A model generated the notes under the pieces. It made no database searches, had not been told where the DNA came from, and worked only from the letters and a program-made list of their open reading frames with translations. Below are positions 25,060 to 36,700 of a stretch of DNA of 64,000 nt, piece after piece. This stretch comes from Octopus sinensis. Its lineage: Eukaryota. Both the position numbers and the translations under genes were made by a program. Each line of letters starts with the position of its first letter. Position 1 is the first letter of the stretch. The stretch is from contig NC_042998.1 in assembly GCF_006345805.1 (NCBI RefSeq), positions 81,220,001-81,284,000 of the forward strand, in the 5' to 3' direction.

Positions 25060-26245
25060 GAATGAATTATCCTCGTATGGATAATTTGGTTAAACGATAC
25101 CCGGGTAGCAAATTCACGTCAGAAAAACACGGTTGAAGCTACATGCCAAGGGCAGAGATCATGTGCTTTCGTGTGGAAATTTGTGTGTTTTTTTAATACA
25201 AATAAATAAAAGAATGGAGTTGAACGACGATTTAACAACATTCCTTTATTCTCGACATATGTTTCAAAGACTGCATATTCCTAATTTCGAAGGAATAAGG
25301 CGTGCAATATGCCGCCTTCTCATCAGGAAAGACAAGGAACTTAAGTCACCATCATGATGAACAAAAACTTTTAGATGACTGCCCACACGGAGTCCATAGC
25401 GATAATGAGTGTCTCTTTAAAATATTCCGTTATAAGCAGTGACGTCAAAAATGGTTGAATGTAGAAGATTCTAGAAAGTTCAAGAGTTCAAACAAGGTTG
25501 GAAGAGGAGAGATCTAAGAATAGGAAGGTGACAGAGTGCAAGTCATATGAATGGTGATGTGTTGTTTTTTGTCTTTGCTAATGAGATTGAGTGCCTATGT
25601 GTGTGTATGTATATAACTGCATTCGTGTCTATGTGTGTGTATATGTGTGCGTGATTGTGTGTGTGGTTGGGTAGATGCCAAAAACAACTAGTAGTGAAGT
25701 GACAGGTTTGTGTCTGTGTGTTTGATTGTGCTTACGATATAGAGAGGGAGAGAGAGAGAGGAGGGAGAGGTAGAGAGACAAAGGTAAAACATACCCCGAA
25801 TTTGGTAGTAGTCCTTCATGAGTATAAAAATTTGTCTATGGTGGTGTTGTACAAGTGGAACCAAATTATTAAATTCAAGGAGGTTATCTATATTAATCAT
25901 CATTCATATGAGTGAAAGGTGTGTTTCTGCCAGTGCATGCACCTATAGGATTTTTCAACTATTGTATTTACGCCACAAAATTTTCTGCCCTTATCATACG
26001 GAAAGGATACAGACAATATGGACCCTTCCAGCTTGAAAGTTATATTGCTGTCCTTAAGACGCCAAACTAGTTTACTTAGTCCTGTGCTTTGTTGTTTTCT
26101 CTTATCTCGGAAAGTTGAATAATGATTGGAAATCCTCTGGGATAATTTAGAAGTAGTAGCCCCAATGTAGAAGAAGACACCGGTACCGGAAGAAATTTTA
26201 CACTGGTAAATGGAATTTCTGATTTTGGAATTGCTGGACAAGAAC
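25060..26245 (-). mobile_element. Penelope-like element 3' part (GIY-YIG endonuclease and 3' repeat)
   Basis: ORF 25900-26241: IYQC...FYIGATT..L..RISNHYSTF..K.QSTGLSKLVWRLK...PYDKGRKFC. Hammerhead downstream. Confidence 0.85.
25249..25331 (-). ncRNA. Type-I hammerhead ribozyme, intact core
   Basis: Stem I CUUUC/GAGAA, CUGAUGA (25326-25320), stem II GAAGGC/GUCUUU, GAAA, palindromic stem III ACAUAUGU, cleavage triplet GUC. Confidence 0.8.
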
Positions 26246-26258
26246 TTTAATCTGTTAG

Positions 26259-26295
<37 letters not shown>

Positions 26296-26354
<59 letters not shown>
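26296..26354. repeat. (GATA)n microsatellite
   Basis: Directly visible. Confidence 0.95.
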
Positions 26355-26355
<1 letters not shown>

Positions 26356-26397
26356 TACGTGACCACGGGATCGATCTTGCTATCGGATTTTGATATA

Positions 26398-26608
26398 CAG
26401 GGTGCAGCAGAAATACCTCCTACTTTTGAGAGGTTAACAAAAGGAAAAAGAAACAACATTTATGAAAAATTAATATTACTGTTGTTTAAACAAAGGGTTA
26501 TAGTTTTTGTTCATTAGCTAAATAAAAACATCATTGGCTCTTGCGTACGTTCATTAGCAACACATAGGTGAAAGTTTAAAATGTGGGAGGTATATATGCC
26601 GCACCCTG
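26398..26608. mobile_element. Tc1/mariner-type MITE
   Basis: TIRs CAGGGTGCAGCAGAAATACCTCC and, reverse-complemented, CAGGGTGCGGCATATATACCTCC. TA on both sides. 211 bp. Confidence 0.85.
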
Positions 26609-26639
26609 TACATGATTGACCACAATGCACTTTGCATTT

Positions 26640-26870
26640 TTTTAGCTTACGAATTTTGCCACCTCGCTGTTCAGTGACGAGATCAACATACACCCTGATT
26701 GGAAAGGCGGTCCTTCCCAGGGCCAAGCATCTACTGCTGAGTAGACTGAAACAACATGAAACAACGTGTTTTGTTCAAGAAAACACCACGCGAAGCCGGT
26801 CTGAGAATCGCATACCCGACCGTGAGATCGTGAGTGCAGCCTGCCTAAGCAACAGGCCACGTACTTTCAT
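26640..26870 (-). mobile_element. Degenerate family-3 SINE
   Basis: Minus strand CGTGGCCTG..CTCACGATCTCACGGTC..GTTTTCTTGAACAAAACACG..CAGTCTACTCAGC resembles the head and core at 41706. Confidence 0.55.
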
Positions 26871-27070
26871 CACCCAACACACACAGAGACACACACACAC
26901 GCACACACACAGACACACACACACACACACATACACAAATACATACACCCACGCATATATACACATACATATAGACATATTCACACAGACATAAAATACG
27001 CACATATATGTATATATATATATATAAATATATATATATATGTGTGTATGTATACATATATATGTGTATG

Positions 27071-27116
<46 letters not shown>

Positions 27117-27269
27117 GTGTGTGTGTGTGTGTGTTTGTGTGTGTGTATGTATATATTTTGATGTTTGTTGTTATGTTTATTTACGATAAAATCAATTATA
27201 CATTTATCGGATGGCTTATTCAATACTTTTGTAGTGTACAAATATTATTCGTAAAAAGAAATATTATTG

Positions 27270-27315
27270 ACAGTGACTTCAAAGTTTCACCCTGTTAACA
27301 CATCGTCAGAAAGCG
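27270..27315 (-). ncRNA. Degenerate hammerhead-like motif
   Basis: CUGACGA...GAAA CUUUGAAG UC; stem III is one CpG transition from the palindrome ACUUCGAAGU. Stems I and II pair poorly. Confidence 0.35.
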
Positions 27316-27563
27316 AACCATTGAAGTTAATCTTGGTTTTATATAGTCCCTGTTCAGTTAAAATCGTTCTTTGGTGGGTGGGTTTGAGTAGGGTGGTAGT
27401 TAGGCTTTAATGTTGGTTGTTATGGAGAAGTGTTGTGTTTCTATTGCTTTTAATCCTTTGCTTTTAGGTACCTTCGCCTTCTATGTTCATGAAGTCGAAT
27501 TTCAAGGAAATAATTGCAATAAAAATCCCATTCTCTTTGTAAATATATATATATATATATTAT

Positions 27564-27597
<34 letters not shown>

Positions 27598-27635
27598 ATA
27601 TATATATATATATTATAATATATATATATACAACC

Positions 27636-27800
27636 GCAGGCGTGGCTGTGTGGTAAGTAGCTTGCTTAGCAGCCACATGGTTCCGGGTCCGGTCCCACTA
27701 CGTGGCACCTTGTGTAAGTGTCCTCTACTATATTTCGGGCCGACCAAAGCCTTGTGTATGGATTTGGTACACAGAAACTGAAAGAATCCTGTCGTGTATA
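27636..27800 (+). mobile_element. Family-2 SINE 5' half
   Basis: GGCGTGGCTGTGTGGTAAGTAGCTTGC A-box region, GGGTCCGGTCCC B-box region, GGGCCGACCAAAGCCTTGTG. Confidence 0.9.
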
Positions 27801-27859
27801 TATATATGGCTCCCCCACTCTTCAACCTCATGTTTTTCACCATGCTCTTCCACGCCTTG

Positions 27860-28618
27860 TCAAGAATCTGCTGTTGGTGTCACTATTCGCTACATCTGTG
27901 ACACCGATTCTTTGACCTCAGACGTCTGAAAGCAAAAACCAAAGTCCTGGACGCCCTAGTAAGAGACTTCCTGTTTGCAGACGATATTGCGCGTGCAGCA
28001 TTGAATGAACCAAACCTGCAAGAACTTGCCACTTGTCTCGCAGAAGCAGCAAAAGCCTTCGGACACGTGTGTGGGCCGAACGAGGCATCAGACTTTCCAC
28101 CAAGCTTGCAGTCTATAGGGCAGTCGTCATCACCTCTCTGCTATACGACTGTGGGACGTGGATGCTGTATAGGAGGCAAATACGAGTACTTGACCAGTTC
28201 CACGTCCGCTGCTTGCGACAAACCATGGGAATTTCCTGCGAGAACAGGAAAGCAGTTCTGCTTACCAAAAGTGGCCCACTTGGCACCGTGCATTCGATCC
28301 CGGGCATTTCAGCTCTGCGAAGCACCTCGATGTTAGAGACTCTGTTCTCGCAGGAAATTCCCATGGTTTGTCGCAAGCAGCGGACGTGGAACTGGTCAAG
28401 TACTCGTATTTGCCTCCTATACAGCATCCACGTCCCACAGTCGTATAGCAGAGAGGTGATGACGACTGCCCTATAGACTGCAAGCTTGGTGGAAAGTCTG
28501 ATGCCTCGTTCGGCCCACACACGTGTCCGAAGGCTTTTGCTGCTTCTGCGAGACAAGTGGCAAGTTCTTGCAGGTTTGGTTCATTCAATGCTGCACGCGC
28601 AATATCGTCTGCAAACAG
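27860..28618. mobile_element. RTE-clade LINE fragment with perfect inverted duplication
   Basis: RRLKAKTKV..LVRDFLFADD, WAERGIRLSTKLAVYRAVVITSLLY, HVRCLR, VSNIEVLRRA. Arms 27971-28247 and 28342-28618. Confidence 0.92.
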
Positions 28619-28920
28619 TGTGTATGTTTGTGTGTGTGTGTGTATGTTTGTGTGTGTGTGTGTGTGTATGTTTGTATGTGTGTGTATATGTTTGTTTGTG
28701 TGTGTGTGTGTGTGCATAGGTTGTCAGAAGTGTTGTAAAGATTTAATAAGTAAAAGATGGCGCTCAGAATTTGGCAAAACCATATCTATTTACCCCTTTC
28801 CGGGGAGTAATCATGACGAATTCCTAGAAGAAATGAAACCGCTAAATCAATAGTTTTTATGCATAACGTCGCTACTTCTCTCTCTCTCTCTTCTCCCCCT
28901 CTCTCTTTACACATACATGT

Positions 28921-28963
<43 letters not shown>

Positions 28964-28990
28964 GATTCTCCCTAACCACTAAGCTATATA

Positions 28991-29156
28991 CGACCAGAGT
29001 GTTAGGAAACACCTACATTGCTAGAAATAAGCGCTAAACCGCTTTAATATGTAGTTAACGTACATGAAAGAAAACATACGCTAACAAGGACCACAATCGT
29101 CTGAAAAGTGCCGGTCTTAATTCTAGCAACGTTGATGTTTCCTAACATCCTGGTCG
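28991..29156. mobile_element. MITE-like element
   Basis: 41-bp imperfect TIR CGACCAGAGTGTTAGGAAACACCTACATTGCTAGAAATAAG; flanks TA and CA. Confidence 0.7.
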
Positions 29157-29236
29157 CATTCAGTGACATTTGTAATTCTCCTTTTTGGTGAAATATTGCA
29201 AATTGCAATGGCTGTGTGGTAAGAAGCTTGCTTCCC

Positions 29237-31327
29237 TATGCTACCGCGCATGCGTATTGTCAGTGTTGTTCGTAGCACTGAAAGAAGTAGCCATGCTGGT
29301 GTGCAGCTGGCGAAATATTGATTAAAACAGAAGCTCAGCTGTAAGGTAAGACTTTTTTTTGGGGGGGGGGAGTCCAGTGGGGATTACTGTAATTATTTTT
29401 TGTACAAATAAGAAGTCCTCACTGGATTCTGAACTCTGGTCTGCCTATAGTTGAGCAAAATTTGTTCACTTTTAAGTGAATTGTTTTGGTGAGCGGATCC
29501 TCTGCGCCATAAATTGTTGAATTTTTTCTCTTGTGGAAAAATTTTTTTCTTCTTGTGCAGTTATCATTTCATGGTAAAATATTCTTTACTGCTACCGTGT
29601 TCCTGACTCTATTGGAGTACCTTTTGGAAATACAAGGGCCTGCAGTACCGGTTGGCCGAAAACAATTTTGTAAAACGAGCTGTGATTTGAACTTGCATAA
29701 CCTGAAGAACTGCAGTCGTGCTAAATTGTTTTTTTTTCATTTTTTCCTGTCTTTTCTGTTTTGTTTTTTCTCTTGTCTTCTTTCTGACTGTTTTTTTGTT
29801 TTTATTTATGTTTTTGCCTTCCGTTCTTTCTTTGAACTGTTGTGGGGACGTTTTTAAAAAATGCATGGCGAAAGGAAATATCTTGGAGTGGGAGATTGCC
29901 CCACCCAAGGAATGGATTACGCAGGAAAAGGAGAAGATGGTGGTGTTGAGAACATATTCGAAGGTTCGCGACGCCATCGTCGTGTTCTCCCAAGAAATAA
30001 TTGAAAAAGAATTAAAAGAACATTTATCAAACGTAAAATTTATTGCACGGGGTGTCAGATATGTAACCTTTGGTTGCTATTTGACACTCAGGAAAAGGCT
30101 CGCATTTTTGCGAGCCAGCTCCTGGAGGGCAATAACATTTTGTTTCTTCCCACGTATTGCGGGAAGAAGTTGACAAGAGCTTAAGTTTGCGGGTTGCCAA
30201 CCGGGATAGAACCCGAGTGGATAGATGAGACTATCCGCCGGGGTCTGTGTGGCAGCGGAGCCAAGCTCCTCAATGTGAAAATTTTGCCTGCGGCTGATTG
30301 GATAGGATCATAAGCGGTTTTGACTCTGTGGATCCAATCAGCGAAGAATCTGGTATTTCCAGATTTTTTTAAATGGTCGGTTATAGGTATTCGGTGATTC
30401 TTGAGGGTGCCCTCCCCAGTTTCATCGGTGTCTGGAGCCTGGCCATATAAAGAGAAACGGTCTCTAGGAACAAAGTAAGGTCCTGGAGCAGTTGGTTGAA
30501 ACCTCTGTAGAAGAGAGAACGAAGGCAGCCGAGAAGGCGGAAGACTCTTCAGAAAAGGGCCGCAAGAGGAAGAAGGTGAGTAAAATGGGTGCTAGGGATG
30601 AGGGAGGGCAGGCGAATCTCCCAGTCACAGAGGAGACGTACCCTCTCTCAGTTGAGAAGTGACTATCTTGTCCCCGGAAAAAGATGAATTATTGGTCTTC
30701 TTCTACAGAGGCGGACAGTTGGAGAAGGTGCTGAAAAAGCACCATAAGGGAGTAACTTTAACATGCACACGGGATCCCGAATGGCCTCTGCAGATAGCTG
30801 TGGAGGTCAAAACGTTGCGCGTGTTGCGTTGGCTGGAGGGGCTCAATGAGGAAAATCGCTTTTGGCCAGACGCCGCTGACAATCACCCGCTTTGTGTTTG
30901 AATCAGGCGTGGGTGATGGCGGAATATGTGGTCACAAGCGATGCTGGGGAGGAATATGAATAAGAAGTTGAAAAGACTCAGTGTAATGAATTGATGAGGA
31001 GTTTGAAACCTTATTCTGTTTTACAAAGTAAGTGACGTAATGCCTCCTTTTTGTAAAGTATTCTTTGTTGGTAAGAGGCTCATTGCTTTAGTTTGTGCAA
31101 TATTATGGAACTAAGATGAGAGGCTAATTACCTCGTTTCTGTGATTTTTGCTTTGTAAAAAGGAAAAAAAACAATGGATTGGGGAAGCAGGGATCGGTGG
31201 CGCGTCCTTTGCCTTCCCCAATTAATACCATCCTGTTCATCATTCATCTCATCTCATTAATGTCTTTGTCCGGCCCGCAGCTTCATTTTTCTCTGTGTAA
31301 GGCCTTTATGGCTAATTTAATGAAATA
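29237..31327 (+). mobile_element. ORF1-only LINE-like retroelement (copy 1)
   Basis: Exact 16-bp TSD AAGAAGCTTGCTTCCC (29221-29236, 31328-31343). Decayed ORF1, no RT or endonuclease motifs, A-rich 3' end. Confidence 0.75.
29865..30901 (+). pseudogene. Gag-like ORF1 pseudogene
   Basis: MAKGNILEW..VVLRTYS, then after a frameshift LFLPTYCGKKLTRA.VCGLP.GIEPEW, homologous to the ORF1 at 45 kb (MPNCLGKRIVRVRAGRIPP). Confidence 0.65.
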
Positions 31328-31689
31328 AAGAAGCTTGCTTCCCAATCACATGGTTCTGGATTCAGTCCCACTGTATGGCACCTTCGGTAAGTGTCTTCTG
31401 CTGTAGCATCGGGCCGACTAAAGCCTTGTGAGTGGATTTAGTAGATGGAAACTGAAAGAAACCCGTCGTATATATATGTGTGTGTGTGTGTGTGTTTGTG
31501 TTTCAGTGATTGTTCCCCACCAGCGGTTGACAAACGATGTTAGTGTGTTTACGTCTTCGTAACTTTGCGGTTTGGAAAAAGGAATCTACAATAAGTAGTA
31601 GGCTTACAAAGAGTTAGTTCTGGGGTCGATTTGTTCGATCACAGACGGTGCTCCAGCGTGACCGCAGTCAAATAGCTGAAACAAGTAAA

Positions 31690-31732
<43 letters not shown>

Positions 31733-31977
31733 AGTTCAACACTGCAGCCGCCTTACGACCACGTGATTATGTTATATTGTGTGACTGATTAAGTTTATTA
31801 CCCATGTCTACCAGGGTAATTCCATCCGCTGTGTTTCATCGTAGTTTTAGTTCAATGTAACCTAAGATATGGACAAAAAAAAAAAAAAAGAAAATCAGCA
31901 AATATTTTACAAACTGCAGTTAGTTGAGATCGAAACTTGCATCTTATCCCTGGAAAGTCCTAAATCATACGGTGACA

Positions 31978-32228
31978 TGACGTCAGTGACTAGTTATTAT
32001 ATCACGCAAGCTCTTATTGATACATAATATTAATTTTTACAGCCTGTGAAACATACGCGGTAGGAAAATTGAATGTCCTATTTAGAGGGAAAGAATAAAA
32101 GAAAAAAAATCGAAACATTTTATTTGTTGCAGTCTATTGACGTCAGAAGTAGCTAACGGGATTTTCCATCATGTGAGGAATCTACCTCTTTATAAATATC
32201 TACGTAGTGTATTCTGAGTTTGACGTCA
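31978..32228. promoter_or_regulatory. Cluster of three perfect CRE palindromes with a TATA-like box
   Basis: TGACGTCA at 31978, 32138 and 32221; TATAAATA at 32191; sequence not recognised as a repeat. Confidence 0.5.
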
Positions 32229-33184
32229 TCATTGTTGGTTCATAATACGCCCACCACTTCTCGCAGTCCGTGTCCGCTGATATTAGTAACAGAAAGCAAA
32301 CGAAACCAATCGATAGTAAATATAGCAGTGTATATCGAGTAATGTAGCCAAAATATTCATTTCTCCTGTAACGTATATCAAGATAAAACGAAAGTAATAA
32401 AGAAACAAAACTAAAAGAAACATAAAAGTAAATTAGAGAGATACCACAATGAAAATAAGCTTTTAGTTTAATAGTGAAGTTATCGAATCAGTGAAACATC
32501 AATAATAATTCATGAAAGCATCTACTTGATTTTGTTATTCTTTAGAAAGCGCCTACGTATATTGAACACCTGATTGATTCACTGATTACTGATGTGACAC
32601 GAACGGCTGAGGCGGATGTGGTGGTGGTGGCGATGATGTTGATAACGGTGGGTGTGTGTGACTCAAATCTCGATAAAAGATAATGATTTGTAGAGGCGCA
32701 GTGTTTAAGCATCTAATATGTATGTTGCCAGACGACTTGGAGAGAATTTCAAGAACCCCAACCCTCTGAAATACATATGTAGAAAGGAAACGTATATGAA
32801 AATACAAAAAAAAAAAGGGAAGTAAATAGCTGATATTCTGCAAGCAATTACGGAAACACACACTCACACGCAGTCACACACACACATACACACACACACG
32901 CACACACACACACACACGCACACATACATACAGACACACACGCACGCACGCACATACAGCTGCATATATATATTTGTATTATATAATATAGGCCGATATG
33001 TAAGTATATATATACACGCGCATACATAGATTTATACATATATATGTAAATATATATATATATAGATCAAAACATTTTGATTCAAATCCATTAATTGTTT
33101 TGATCTATACATGTAACTCCGAATAAATTGGTTGAGTGCTCTTCTTTCGTTTGTCCACTCACTCGTATATATATATATATATAT

Positions 33185-34110
33185 GGTTGCCAACATAATT
33201 ATGTTGGACAAACGAGTCTCCCGTTACGTAAACGAGTAACGGTGCATAAAGAATAAATAAACCTCCCGGAATACCGACAAATTCCACTGAGTGACCACTT
33301 AGACTCATGTGCTAAAGACTTAGACCCCAAATTCTATATATTCCCCTTCTACCAATGTAAAGACGGGATCACCACACAGGAGAGAATTAACAAGGAGAAT
33401 CTCTTTATTGAAAAATTCCAAACACAACTTAATATGCAAACTCCTCGTTGATCAAACTTCCTTTCTCTACCTCACTCTTCATGGATGGACTAACACAAAT
33501 ATATAAAGATACCATGCATTCATCACTTCAAGCTAAAACTTATATTCTTTAAATATCATTTTTACTATTGTTTTATTACTATCATTTTATTATAAATGAT
33601 ATGACAATTTGAAATGCAATTGTCTATGCAGATTTATATTATTAGAAAATAATATAAAGTGTTAAAATCTGAAAGTTAAGTTAACAAGCAATTATATAAA
33701 AAGATAATGCAAATGAAGCTAAAATGATAGTTTTATAATTTGGGTTTTATTGAAGAACTCAAAAGAGTTGTCTCCCCTTACTCACAACACAGGAACCAGG
33801 ACCACAATTACTACTACTTCCTGTCCTGCAACATGCTGAATTTAACAACACAACGCATCACATGCTCTTAATCCCTTTGGATCTTAACACCTCAAGGTAA
33901 TTTTTTGGTAAACAACCATAAAACTCAAGATACACAACGAACTCACAATGTATCGGAGAACTTATTTTTAATTTTTGTACATTTTTATCATTATTCTTTT
34001 ACAAAAAACAATGCAATTTTCTTTTTCCCCTTTCTAATTTTTAAAAAAACTTCTTAAAACATAAAATATTCTTGACAAGTCATACAATGACGAAAACCGG
34101 TTGAATAAAT
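33185..34110 (+). mobile_element. Penelope-like element 3' fragment (GIY-YIG C-terminus and AT-rich 3' region)
   Basis: GCQHNYVGQTSLPLRKRVTVHKE...LSDHLDSC...FYIFPFY...RINKENLFIEKFQTQLN. Confidence 0.88.
34067..34107 (+). ncRNA. Degenerate hammerhead at the PLE 3' end
   Basis: Stem I UAUUC/GAAUA, core UUGACAA (two changes), stem II GUC/GAC, GAAA, palindrome ACCGGU. Confidence 0.6.
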
Positions 34111-34280
34111 ATATATTTATATATTTTATCATTTTCTCATTTTATTAAAATTTTCTTTCATTTGAGCATTCTGCATTTTTAAAAAATTTTTCCTTACTTA
34201 TCATTTCTCCACGTGCGGTCAACACAACCCCACCATTTATTGATCTATATATATATATATAATATATATATAATATATTC

Positions 34281-34311
<31 letters not shown>

Positions 34312-34444
34312 CATTATATATATATATGTGATAAGACTGTACATCACTTTAAGAACTTTAATAACTTTAGAAATCTGTTTAATTATCTACATTACTTCAT
34401 GAAATATAGCCTCAACACTAGGATGTCTAGAGAACTTACATGTA

Positions 34445-34529
34445 TTTTAGCTGATGAGTACGGACTCGTTATATGCTGTATCTTGCAACTTTAATAAAAC
34501 CTGTCCTTTATGAAACGATCGTACTAAAA
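34445..34529 (+). ncRNA. Type-I hammerhead ribozyme, intact core
   Basis: Stem I UUUUAG/CUAAAA, CUGAUGA (34451-34457), long stem II with GGAC/GUCC, GAAA (34512), palindromic stem III ACGAUCGU, cleavage after GUA (34523). Confidence 0.82.
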
Positions 34530-34699
34530 ACCTATCCATCTTTTTGCTTTCTTCTGCGTATATATATATATATATATATATATCTATATATATATATATA
34601 CATTCATATATATATATACGTATATATGCATATATATATATATGTATATATACATATAATAAACACACACATACATATATATATATATGTATGTATAAG

Positions 34700-36700
34700 C
34701 TATCCTAATTCCTCTGTCAGTTGTTACGACCCCTCATTAAATTTTTTTAGATATCTGTGTGAGCACGGAGGATCTCCTGAGTAGAGTCATTAGGTGCAGC
34801 CACTCCAACGACCTCGCAGGTTGTGTAGTGGATAGTAGGGATGTAGTTTCACTCTACCTATTTATAGACATACATTTTTCTGTGGAAAAATGCATTGAGA
34901 TTATCTGTGAATGTGAGATACAGTTCCGCGAAGTCAACACGTGAGAACTGAGCCTCCTTCTTAAACTGATCTATGACAGTAACTACCTAGACAGTCGTGA
35001 CCTTTGAAGATTTTGACCCACCAAGTCACAGAGGGAAAGACCACTCTCCTCGGCAGTGAAGAAAAGCACCGCAGAGTGCTCGAGTGGCTGGACCATACCC
35101 ATCTAGGACCCTGAGAGCAACTGTCAGGTGAAAAGAATTATTGCACATGCAATAGGGGCTAGCATTAGAACCACCTTGAAGAACCACATAGTAAGGTTTA
35201 ACAGGAAACTATATATGCAGGTTCAAGGTGCAGCCATAGGTGTCGGTGTTCTGGAGATGTGGCCAGCCTCTTCATGATCTGGTGGGACAGAAAACTTAAA
35301 CAATCTTTAGCGAAATAATCTACAATATTTTTGCTTTACTGTAGTAATGTAGATTACATTAATATTCTTGTTTGGACAAACTCTAGTAAGTGTACTGTAG
35401 AAACCGAGACGAGCATAATAGAGAGCATCCAGCACCTAGCTATATCATGGTAATTATAGATTACCTCACTAGGAACCCTAACAATAGACTGTTTGTCCTA
35501 GATACTGAACTTTGGTTAGAGACTGTGAGCAACAGAGCGCAGCTTCTCCACTCCTATTACATGAAACCCATAGCTTCTAAATATGTTTTGCACAAGAACT
35601 CAGCTTTGTCACACAACATGAAATTCAACATACTGATAGCAGACTTAGGATAATGAACAACGAATCTCTAATATGCGAACCCTATGAAAAAAGAAATGTA
35701 CAGAAATTCATGCACCGCGTGCAATTATCTGGATTTTACCAGAAATATAGAGTTCGGTTATACAGAGGAGCTAGAAAGAAGTTAGATAATATTATATGTA
35801 ATGAAACCAGTGGTACCTGACCTAGATATAGAAGTAAAGACTGGAATAGGATACAAAGAGTTTGTGACAAATCCAACAAAGTGAACACAAGAGTGACAAA
35901 TATCAAGGAGTGATGTTAGAGGCCACAAACCAAGAAGAACTATTCCGAAGATTTAGGAAATTCAACATTAAGATCCTTGAAATGCCAGGGACGTCCATCA
36001 GATCACAACTATGTAGGAGGTACCCCTTTGACAATACCATGCACCAATGATAACTGCATGGTATATATATTGCCCTGGCATTAACTGTAGAGCTAGAAAT
36101 GTAATCTACAGCATAAAGTGCATAGAGTGTGCTTGTAAAGACAAGTATATGATATACATAAGTGTGGCATCTACAAGCATTGCGGGGAAACTAAATGGGC
36201 ATTTGAGACAATATGACGACAAAAACAGTCCTCCATACTCTACCAATGTGCCAAAGATGAACATGGAGACACATTGGGTCAACTTGACATCCGCATTTTA
36301 TCCAAGCACCCGGAAGACCCAACACTAAGATAAATATAGGAGTACGTCCCCATAAATGAAACATCACCAGTACTAAATAGGAAATATACGTAGAAGGTAG
36401 TCATACTCCTGTACCCACAGTATATATATACACAAGTAGAGTTGCTAGCAGGCTGTTATGGAAACACACACACACACTCATATATATACATATAATTGCT
36501 AACGAAGTGTAACGACCTATACGGGACAGTGCTACTGTCGTATAACCCCAGAAAGGCATCTTTTCCATCTGGCTAACGGCACACATTCTGTATCCTATTA
36601 GTATTTGTGAGGGGGGCGATGACCACCCGAGACACACCAGGATGAATATCCCCTGTTGTTTAGCCAAAAGTATAGGCACAAACACCTGTTACACACGAAT
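34700..36700 (+). mobile_element. Penelope-like element, decayed RT and GIY-YIG
   Basis: SRDVVSLY..ID, FNRKLYMQVQGAAIG, LFMIWWD, LFVLDTELW, YYMKPIASKYVLHKNSALS, CPGINCRARNVIYSIKCIEC. Many stops and frameshifts. Confidence 0.88.
36499..36545 (+). ncRNA. Degenerate hammerhead 3' of the PLE
   Basis: CUAACGA-A, stem II GUGUA/UAUAC, GGGA in place of GAAA, stem III ACAGU/ACUGU, GUC triplet. Stem I is broken. Confidence 0.5.

Larger units (their letters stand above)
29205..31690 (+). mobile_element. Family-2 SINE split by a 2.1-kb insertion (SINE parts 29205-29236 and 31328-31690)
   Basis: Head starts GGCTGTGTGGTAAGAAGCTTGCTTCCC and resumes AAGAAGCTTGCTTCCCAATCACATGGTTC; the remainder is colinear with other copies. 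Confidence 0.88.

Noticed and set aside
32586-32867. Minus-strand ORF ending in a Pro-rich stretch near the CRE cluster
   Set aside because: N-terminal part is low-complexity sequence, no homology is recognised, and it lies upstream of any minus-strand start at the cluster.
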